DNA of 61,938 nt, counting the filler, from Collodictyon triciliatum (lineage: Eukaryota), in NCBI GenBank assembly GCA_043381765.1. It is 6 parts of 6 records of this genome, joined end to end, with 100 filler letters (N's around TTAATTAATTAA, not from the genome) between each part and the next. Parts side by side here need not be neighbours in the genome. Positions count along the whole stretch, not along the records: positions 22,272 to 33,303 come from JBHJMP010002499.1; positions 33,404 to 44,433 come from JBHJMP010002500.1; 4 more parts are not named here. One strand, written 5' to 3'. Positions 27,175 to 37,190 of this stretch are shown here, piece after piece. Below the pieces are notes generated by a model that worked only from the letters and a program-made list of their open reading frames with translations, was not told the origin of the DNA and searched no databases. Numbering within the stretch: the first letter of the stretch is position 1; each line of letters begins with the position of its first letter. A program made the position numbers and the translations under genes.

Positions 27175-30100
27175 TTATTCCAGATTCAATTCATCATTTG
27201 GAAGATATTCTCTCATCCATTCTGCATTAGAAATAAATTGACCCAGTAAATCTTCCTTTTCCACTAATTCATACACATCGATAAGTCCGTGTATCTTGGT
27301 TTCTATTCTGGTTCGATATTCCGGTTGAACAAGTTTGCACCCCGCTAATAGCACAGAAACGGTGCCTGTAACCTATATTGTTGAATTTAAGAAATAAAAT
27401 TGAAGTATAAAAGCGTAATTTTACATATAAAATATCATACGAGAATGTCGTGTGCCTTCGAGTTGCTCAACAAAATCAAAGACCTGAACACTGCCGTTTC
27501 ATGAAATAGATATTATGAGAAAAATATGCATGTTACAACTAGACTATTCAGTACTAACATGCATCACCGAAGCAATCGTAAACAAACTCTTCTGATCCTG
27601 CATATTGAAAATTTTATCAAAATCAGATGTGACGTATAATTACATATTGTATATATAATCGCTTTACCCTACCAATAATCCCAAAGTTGATGTTTCCGGT
27701 ATCCAAAGCTATTCTGCCAACCACATTCATATCCGGTGAGTGTTTATTTCCGAAAGAAATGAAAGATTTCACCTTGTAAATGTATCATAATTAATATCTA
27801 CAGCATAGAAAGCTATTATTTTTTGAAAAAGGAAGAAAAGGAAAAAGAAAAAAAGAAAAAAAGAAAAAAAGAAAAAAAGAAAAAAAGAAAAAAAGAAAAA
27901 AAGAAAAAAAGAAAAAAAGAAAAAAAGAAAAAAAAAAAAAAAGAAAAGGCTAAGACATGAAATAAACATAAATTATGTAATTAAACATCAAACCCCAACA
28001 CAGAACTTGATTACATCATCCAAATAATCTTTGTGTTCCAAAAATTCATTCCCAGTTTGAGATGCTCTAGGGATTATCTATGTTCGACAAAAGTTGATGA
28101 ATTTAAATAATTTATATAATAAAGATAGATAAGATGAAATAATACAATAATCCTTGAACCGGTCGTCTTAATGATCTCCAAATTGAAAGACTTTGCAAGA
28201 CCCTCAATCTTGCTTATCATTTCTGAATATGTACGTATTAGAATTACTTAAACAATTAGGTGTTCATATATGAAAAAGTTTACCAGAAATTCTCAAGAAT
28301 TTTATCTCCGTGTTAATATACCCAGCCGGATGAAATGAAAAAACCGTTTCGATGCAAATAACAATAGTTTGATGCAGCACTCTATATTTCGAATGTATTT
28401 TTCTTTTCAAATCTTCCATCAGTTGCTCTCCCACTGAGGATAGTAGGGCGAACTCTTTCATTTCATTTTCAGACAATAGTGATTGTATTCCCTATATTTT
28501 TCGCAATCGAGTTAAGCTATATAAAATTAAAACCACAAATTAGCTTTTGCTTGGAAACATGAATGAAACACTTTGTTATATTCTTCCTTTCAGTTTGTGC
28601 AAGATGGTAGGAATGTTGGGATAAATGAAAGAAAACTTTTTCAAGATTGCGTTTGTCCATGAATTCTTTCCTAGAGTTATAATCCCGGTAAATTGTGAAA
28701 ATAGAGAAAAATAAAAGTGGCAGAATCAACCAATTGGCAGCAGTAGGTATGAAGTAATCTCCAAATCTATCAGAGATCATAGTGAATATATAAACGATTA
28801 CTTCCCCTTTGTATTTCGTTATTTATCATTTTGGTTAACACAAAAATTTGATTTTATTGTTGAATTTACGAGTATAGTTAATAATGGTTGATTTATGTTA
28901 AAAGAAAAGCTAAAGAGTAAGGAAGAAATACCCCATTTGATCTTGAAAAAAGTAGAGCAACAATACGGAAAAAAACGTCCATAAAATAAATTGAGGCATT
29001 ATATGTACTGAATTTGTTGTGATTGACGAAATGAAGAATATTTCGATCTGGTATATCTCTGCGTACAGAAAGGCCGAAAAAACGTAACTTGTTTGACAGT
29101 TTAGACTCATACTTCCATAGACAAATGGGATACGTAGTAAACTAAAAATCCCATACAAAGAACCCGCTAAAAGGGGCACACTCCATAAATCAGTATTAAA
29201 TCGCCCAATTACTTCTATAATTCTCGACAATCGGACTGAAAAAAGACTAATTGAAAGTAAAGGTGCGAGTATAATGTAGCGACCGAAGAAAATAGGAGAT
29301 GTTCGTATATTGAACGATGGACATTCTTGCCGCAATATTTCGTAATCTATATAGCCATACATTAAGAGACATGTAGCAAGCATCATTATCTGCCACCTAC
29401 ATGTATAAATATTGTAAACAATTTTGTATGGTTTAAGATTTTTATTTTTTATTCCTCCTTTCGGTTTGCACAAAATAGGATTTAAATGTTTTCAATACAT
29501 TGTAAAAACGAGAACTCCAAAAAATGTATGAATAATACAATTCCATTTCCTTGTTGGTTTCTGTTTTTAAGCTTAATGTGAATTCCTGTTCTTCTTTCGT
29601 GTCCTTAAATCTTAGGTCGCCAAGAAATGCTGCCCATCCTCTATTATGGCGAGCCAAAGCGAATGGGTTTGTCTTATCCTCAATCTAAAATAATATTTCG
29701 ACATAAGTTATGTAAATTGAAAATTACACATTTTGAACCTCCACCTGTTGCGCATTGGAAGGTATACCACTTTCTCTTAGATCAATTCGATGCAATGATA
29801 CAATTCCAGAGGGGTTGGAAATTCCCAATTCGTGCGATTCACACTCATGCCCGATATATCTGTGCGACTTTCCCACATCCAATTTCCATTTGAAACTAGA
29901 AAAGGCACAGCTTCCGTCTCGAACAGGTTCAAATAAGTATGCTTCCATCTGTTTCATTATTTGAAATTTTCATATATAATCATATGAAATAAATTACTTC
30001 TGATATGTGCACTCGACTCATAGATTTGAAATACATATTTACATTCATTTTCGATGTGACCTTGTTCATATTTTCTTTCCATAACTCAACAGATAAGTTA

Positions 30101-32325
30101 TCAAGAATAATTTCCCAGGCATCTGAGATTGCAAGGCATGCCATAGCTTCTTCGCATCCTGTAATTATATATTTTTTTAAAAAAGAATCTTTATAATGAT
30201 GAACTCAATATTTGGCATAAAGGTATGGTAATTGTACCTCCACCGATAATCTCGAAGCAAGATTTAGAAAACTGAATTAGCCCCCCTTCTGCATATCCTG
30301 TTCCAATACCCATGCTAATAGTGATGGTTCTCCCTTTTTGATTGATTTTTAATCAATATTATGCTCTTTTTTCTAAAATAAAAGATTATTTGGAAAACAA
30401 TTACATGTATTTTTAGTAGGTTACGAGTGCTTTTCATAATATCGAGGGCAACATTAATCATGTTTTTTGGTTCTTCTCCAAAAAGGCCACTGATTAACTA
30501 TTAATATGTTAGTTGAATAAAAGTATGTTCCTTGATAATTTATGATATGATTTTCAAAAGTATTGTAAAATTTATGAATGAAATTAACAATAAATAAAGA
30601 AATAAAGAAATGATGTACCATGATTTCCAGACCTTCATTGCATAAGAAATGTGAAACTCGAGTAAGTTATTATTACAACTTTCAATTCATATAAGCATTG
30701 TGGAAATCAATACATCATTTTTTTAATACGATTCAGATTTTTTAAAAATGCAATACCACTTGATTTCAGCTTATGAGCCTGGTGTCTAGAAAAAATTATA
30801 ATTCAATAATCAAAACCGTTGATGATACCGTTTTAAAAGTATGAGATTACTTTTCCGCTGTCTTTGCGATAACCCTGTAAATTTTTTAATTTTTTTAATA
30901 CTAGATGAACCATGATAATTTCTTAATAGTGTCGTTTAAAATCACCTGACGATATCATTAAGATTGCTCATGAATTCCCTTGACAATTCATCAGTTCTTG
31001 TAATTGATATTCTTGCACACAACACAGAGCATTTTTCAGACATATAAACTGGAGGGGAGGTATACTCGCCGACTACAGAGTTAGCAACTGGCCTGAAATT
31101 TAAAAATAGTTAAGAGATTGTAAAGTGTGAGCATGTCATAATTCTTTTAATAAGACAGACTTACACAGGATATATATTTTTCAAAAGGAAGTTAGTTTGG
31201 TCTCTTATTCTTGAGGCATTTGAACTTATCCAACTCAGTTTTTTTATCGAGTAAAAAGAACTACATCGTTTTCAATATGAATTTAATAAAAATGAATCGT
31301 TCTACCCTATATAGTTAGTTATGACGGTCTATGTGATGATTTTTTATACTTTTTTCTTTGAATCTCGATGGTTCGTAAAATAATTATGCTTATCAAAGTC
31401 GTCATCAGTAAAGGTACTGCACAGCGGAAAATAATAAAGAAATCGTCAAAAACCAAGAAAAGTAAAAGAGAGATCAGATAAATATTGGAAAACAATGTCA
31501 CAGTCATCTGACACTTATAATCTCCAGGGAAAACTGTTGTCATAGCCTATATATTACAATTGGTTTATCAACTATGATTTTATTGGAGAAAATAGATTAC
31601 AAAAGTAAACAAAAAATTGTAGCCAATAGTTTGTTTAAAAATATTTTTTTTGATGCTATTAAGCCTACCAGAATAGCAATTTCTACATCTGTTGCATTTA
31701 TTCCGGTTAGATATATATTTCTTGAGCTTAACAACAATACCAGACAAAAGTACATAAATCCATGTACTGCGTGATATACCCTATCAATGAAAGATATCGC
31801 CGTTTATAAAAATGGTTAAAACACAATTAAATTTTTACGGGCCTTGAAAAAAAAATACACAATTAAATTTAAAAACGAAATAATTACAAAAGGTTACAAA
31901 CACATATGAGGCAAAAGAAACCTCGAACACAATTGAAGGTGCTTTTTGCGTTTGATGCTATTTCGAGTAATAACTAAGATGATAAAGGAGACAAAGCTAA
32001 CAAAGCTCAATAGCAAATATAAGATAGCAAGGCCTCCTGACACTTGTAAACTTTGCGTATGAATGAGAGTTCGATTAATGTTTCTTTTTTGGAATATTAT
32101 TAAATCAAATATGCTAAAATCGAGAGAAAAACACGGTGATATATATTCCCTTAGAAATAACATTTCTTTTGCTAGAGATGAAGAAAAACGAATGAGTGCT
32201 TATACCTGCTGAATGAGTTCGACAAAGCATTCAAGAATGAGAGGAGACACGAAAAAACCAAAATGGAGACAGATTTTGTGGCTATGTAACTCCGGTACTC
32301 ATCATCTAAATCTTTGTCCACAAAC
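27175..32325 (-). CDS. transmembrane class III adenylyl/guanylyl cyclase-like protein (TM-C1-TM-C2), many exons, 5' end unresolved
   Basis: Order of motifs: FVDKDLDDEY, a hydrophobic block, NFLLKNIYP, then C1 (SVLCARI...MLISGL...ISMGIGTGYAEGGLI...FEIIG), then LRFKDTKEEQEF, a second hydrophobic block, then C2 (LEIIKTTGS...RIALDTGNINFGIIG...YDCFGDA...ILVTGTV...IETKIHGLIDVY). This reproduces the architecture of membrane adenylyl cyclases. Confidence 0.8.
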
Positions 32326-32795
32326 CTATGATACGATTCATTTATTGCTCACATTGGTATGCTATGGAATCGTAGGATGTATTGTGTAAATCATACTATT
32401 TTATGATTAAACATTTTCTCTCTTTCATGTATATAAATAACATAAATAAATAGCCACCATGATATACTATCGGAATAATAGTTTTTAAGACAGACTCATC
32501 TATCCCTGGCGAGATCAAATACAGACTCAATAAAAAGCCATGAAGCAAACCAAAAACACACCTTAGAGTATTAGAGACGATCTCTTGGGACGGGAATGAG
32601 CTTTCGTGCGATGATCCCTCGGCAATTTGGCTCAGGAAAGCAGGAAAGTGTGTTGTGGTGGCTGTACTGATGTCATCACCAGATCGACTTCCAACCCGAG
32701 TCCCAGGCTGCTTTGCCTGCTGCGCCGTGTGATGTGTTTTTCGCACTTTCATTCGCAGCAGTGCTCCACTCCTTTCGGCGGTGGCGTACTTTGTT

Positions 32796-33028
32796 ATGTC
32801 GGATGATTCGAACGCGTCCATCCTGGATATCTGTTGCGGCTTTAGTTTGGTGGCCCGTTGCTACCTTGCTTATTTCAAAGGTCTCCTTTTCCTTCTCCTT
32901 TTTTTTTTTTTTGTAATTGTTCCTTATTGCTTTTATTTTTGTTTTTCGTTTTTATTGGTTTTTTCGCTCTTGCTCTTTAGTTGTGCATGTTAGGAAACCA
33001 GTTTGTATCCGAGGATGAGAATTTCTAT
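32796..33028 (+). CDS. possible first exons of an unidentified gene truncated at the contig end
   Basis: GC-richer segment ending AAG|GTCTCC, followed by a T-rich intron and the acceptor GTTAG at ~32993. One reading gives MSDDSNASILDICCGFSLVARCYLAYFKGNQFVSEDENFY. Frame and strand are uncertain. Confidence 0.25.
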
Positions 33029-33160
33029 GTTATTATAGACATCTATTAATCTAGTTACAATATTGCTATCATATAATAAGAAAGCAATAGTTAGCAGAGA
33101 AATGCTCGTTATAATTTAAAATCCACAAATAGTTAACGTTACAAACACAAAAATTGGATC

Positions 33161-33303
33161 AAAACAAATAAAAAACAAATAAAAAACAAATAAAAAACAA
33201 ATAAAAAACAAATAAAAAACAAATAAAAAACAAATAAAAAACAAATAAAAAACAAATAAAAAACAAATAAAAAACAAATAAAAAACAAATAAAAAACAAA
33301 TAA
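33161..33303. repeat. (AAAAAACAAAT)n 11-mer minisatellite at the contig end
   Basis: Directly visible. Confidence 0.95.
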
Positions 33304-33403
33304 NNNNNNNNNNNNNNNNNNNNNNNNNNNNNNNNNNNNNNNNNNNNTTAATTAATTAANNNNNNNNNNNNNNNNNNNNNNNNNNNNNNNNNNNNNNNNN
33401 NNN
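33304..33403. other. artificial contig spacer
   Basis: N44-TTAATTAATTAA-N44. Confidence 0.99.
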
Positions 33404-33489
33404 AAAAAAAAAAAAAAAAAAAGGCAAAAAAAAAAAAAAAAAAAAACAGATCCAAGGCAACTCTTTAATGCGAGCGTATCTAATCTTAG

Positions 33490-35923
33490 GTACTGCGGAC
33501 TTTATGGATTGGGCATCCGAGCACGCGCGTCGTCGAAACGCCCCCTTCTGGAAAGCATTCACCACAGGAAAATCAACGAGCAGAGTATGTAGACACACCG
33601 ATGAAACGATTTACCGGCTATAAGAATGCGTTTTTCTTTTTCTTTAATTCTCGTAATGATACATTCATATACTTTTATATATAAACAAACAAAATAATCA
33701 ATTTTAGGGAGGAATCCCTCATGATTTGTATGGAATGACCACCCGATCTGTCCATCAATACGTCCTTGGTATTCTGGAGAAAGAGGGAATCGAAGAATCT
33801 GCATGCACAAAGTTCCAAACAGGTGGTCCTGATGGTGACCTAGGAAGTAATGAGATTAAGATTTCCAAAGATATTACAATCGGCGTGGTTGATGGAAGCG
33901 GGTTCGTATTTAAATCTCTTTTACATACTCATACGTTATTTGTAAATTATATTAGTTGTGAAATGCAGTGACACATTAGTTTATTTCTCACAATATTACA
34001 GAGTTTTATGTGATCCAAATGGAATCGATAGAGAAGAGCTTACTAGATTAGCTACAGGCAGACTAATGGGTGTGCACTCCATCTCATATTCATAATCTGC
34101 GCTATGGGGATATAAATATGATTCCCCTTGACTAAATGATCCATGTTTCTAGTCAAAAATTTCAACAAGAGCAAGCTGAGCCCAAAAGGTTTCCTCGTTT
34201 TGATTGAAGAGACCAACGTAACATTGCCGGATGGGTCGTCCATCGAAAAGTATGAGTTTGATATTTTCTGACCCGCTACATATCAGTCCAAACTGTAAAC
34301 CGATAAATGATTTCGCTCCACAAAATATATTTTTATATCGTTTGAAATGAACCAATGAGGCAAAATTTACATCCCACACTACCTTTTAATTATAAAAATA
34401 TTTCATTAGCGGGCTTATGTTTCGCAACAATTTCCATTTAACACGCTTTGCTAAGTCGGATATATTCGTCCCTTGCGGCGGCCGACCTGAAGCAATCAAT
34501 GAGCAAAATGTAACATAAGAGCATCTTCTCTATCATGTTTTATCTTCATTTTTCATCTAATTCTGAAAATATGAATCGGAAGATTTTCACATCTTGTTTA
34601 TAGGTGGCCCTCCTATGTGACCCTGAGACCAAACAACCAAACTTTAAGGCACGTAACAGACTTCTTAAACCGCTATTTTGAACAATTTACAAAATCTCAC
34701 CCCTTTATTCACTTATAGTACATCGTCGAGGGAGCAAATTTATTCATATCTGTCGGAGCCCGTGAAAGACTGGAAAAGGCCGGCGTCATACTGTTTAAGG
34801 ACTCATCTGCAAATAAGGGTTAGCATCGAATTCGGCCAACGAATATTAAATTTATTAATTTAGTTTTAAAAAAAAGCATTAATAAAATTTAATATTTAAT
34901 TAAGCAGAAAAACTTGCAATAAATAATTTACATATTCTTCGAAGGTGGTGTCACGTCATCTTCTTTTGAAGTCTTGGCAGCTCTATCTCTAAACGACCAA
35001 GAATTCCGTGAGCATATGATGGTGAAGGATGGTGAGACTGTCAAATCATCCAAGTGCAATATCCTGTTACATTTAATTCTCTGTAGTCTCTACTTTGATT
35101 TATTTTATTTTTCATTTATTATCCATCATAAGCAAGACTTTTCTGTTGTTACATCTAAATATGCATATAATATAAAATTATCGGACAATGAAATATAACA
35201 TATTTAACTATTTTTACGCTACCATCCTTTGTATTGGTAATAGGTGTAATTCCTGACTTCTACGGGAACTATGTCGTTGAGGTCCAACACAAAATCGAAG
35301 AAAATGCCAGGTTAGGATAACTTTTGTGAGACCACATAATACATACATCGCAATAAGTATTCTTGAAAGGCTCAGGGCAGGTTTCTTCTCTTTAAACACA
35401 AGAGTTCAAATACTGTTTTATTTTGACCCAGACTTGAATTCGAGTGCATCTGGAACGAACATAACCGCACCAAACTTTTGAGGGCACAGCTTTCAGACAG
35501 GATATCAGAAAAGGTGAACAAGCTGAACGACGCCGTAAAGCAATCTGTCCTTTGGGATGACTTGAATCTTCGCAAGCGTATTCTCTTGTAAAATGCTTCA
35601 TCCAACATATTAAAAAAATAATTAGACGAATGATTTATGCCTTATTGCGCTTTTTACTTTTTGTTTTTGTTTGTTTGTTTCTGTGTGATGAAAAAAAAAA
35701 AAACTTTTATAATTCAACTATCGATTGATTTGCCAGGGAGGCGGCCCCAAAGACCTTGATTGGGCTGATTGGATATGAACAGTTCTCCAAGCGTGTACCT
35801 GAGCCGTATCTTCGCGCCATCTTCGGTGCCTATTTGGCTTCTCGCTATGTCTACAAGATGGGGTTGGACGCTGCTGAGTTTGCCTTCTTCACCTTCATTC
35901 GAGATTATGTGGAGGAGCACTAG
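33490..35923 (+). CDS. GDH2: NAD-specific glutamate dehydrogenase (large GDH2 type), 3' exons
   Basis: GTADFMDWAS...WKAFTTGK|GGIPHDLYGMTT...QTGGPDGDLGSNEI...FVPCGGRP...IVEGANLFI...KDSSANKGGVTSSSFEVLAAL...PEPYLRAIFGAYLASRYVY...*. Confidence 0.95.
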
Positions 35924-36202
35924 ACCAAAACAAGCTGCCTCTCTCTTTTTCTTTCTTTTTTCTTAAAAAGAGAAGACACATCTGGGATTCAAAGTGCGGG
36001 TTGAAGACAACAAATATACCCAACAGAAATAACGATTTCTCAAAGTTCTTTCACGACTCGCATAATCAACACAACACTAACCACAGCTCCCTATGTCTGA
36101 GTCCAAACACACCCATAAAAAAAACCCCCACCTGAGGGTTGCGTAAGTCTCAAATGAATATTGCTTTCGAGATGTTTTTATGTTATGTACACCTTGGTGT
36201 TC

Positions 36203-36841
36203 TCAGAACACAAGCATCAGCATGGTCGTGATGATGAACGAAAAGCAACCGCAAGCAATCTGATTTGGAAAGAATAAATGAACGTGAGTGCAAAATCATG
36301 AAAAGCGCTTGTCTGCGATGGATGGGATGCGTGGGTGCGATTACTCACTGAGTAACGTTGGATAGCGCACAAGTCGAGGCCAAAGAAGACTTTTGGAGGC
36401 GGGTTGCCAAAGCGACGGCGTGATGAGTTGGCTTGTTCTATAGCCTCTGATTGAGCAGCGCTCTGGACTGTGAAAGACTCTCTCCTTCGTCCCTGTTTCT
36501 CCACATCATCCTCGTCCTCGTCCTCATCCTCCTCTTCTTGCTCTGTGTCGTTCTCTACAGCGAGTTGCAAAGAAGGTGCGATTTTTTTTTATGTGCTGTG
36601 CTTTCGTGCAGTGTTTGGTGGTGATGTGTGCGAAGAAGAAAGAAGCAAAAATCATCAAAGGAAAACACCCACGCACGCACACACAACAGGCAAACTCACC
36701 CTCGGCCTCGCTGATCGCTTTTGCATCAAAGTCCGGGTCTGCGTTCGAGTCCGAGTCTGACAGATCGCGAAGCAGCCGCTCCTCCTCTCGGCTCATGACA
36801 TATTGCCGGAGATGTCGGGCTGGGCTGCCGGTCTGGGCCAT
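36203..36841 (-). CDS. small acidic protein with a C-terminal hydrophobic (tail-anchor-like) segment, 3 exons
   Basis: MAQTGSPARHLRQYVMSREEERLL...AISEAE joins ENDTEQEEEDEDED...LCAIQRYS, which joins IACGCFSFIITTMLMLVF*. Both donors are GTGAGT and the phases are consistent. Confidence 0.55.
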
Positions 36842-37190
36842 CGTGTTGCGCTGTGATGATTGGTTCGGCACAAGGAAGCTAAGAAGAAAAAGAACGAAGA
36901 AAACAAGAAAACAAGAAACAAGAAAACAAAAAAACAAAAAAACAAAAAAACAAAAAAACAAGAAAAAAAATACAAAAAAAAAACCCCTGGGGACATAAGA
37001 GGTTTTGGTAGCCAAAATAATTGTGTTTGGCTCGGTCTCCATATATTCGTATGACTTGCAAAAGTGGGAGAGAAAAGAAGGGGAGAGAGGAAGGAGAGCC
37101 AAGAGGATAGGAGGCGAAGGAAGGCAGGAGTTTTCGGAATCGAGACTGCACAATAAGGCGCCATGGATTGCAGCACCAGCGAAGCGAGCA

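Noticed and set aside
32396-32886. Minus-strand ORFs upstream of the cyclase-like gene as its first exon
   Set aside because: I found no phase-compatible donor joining them to the FVDKDLDDEY exon, and the splice signals fit a plus-strand gene at least as well.
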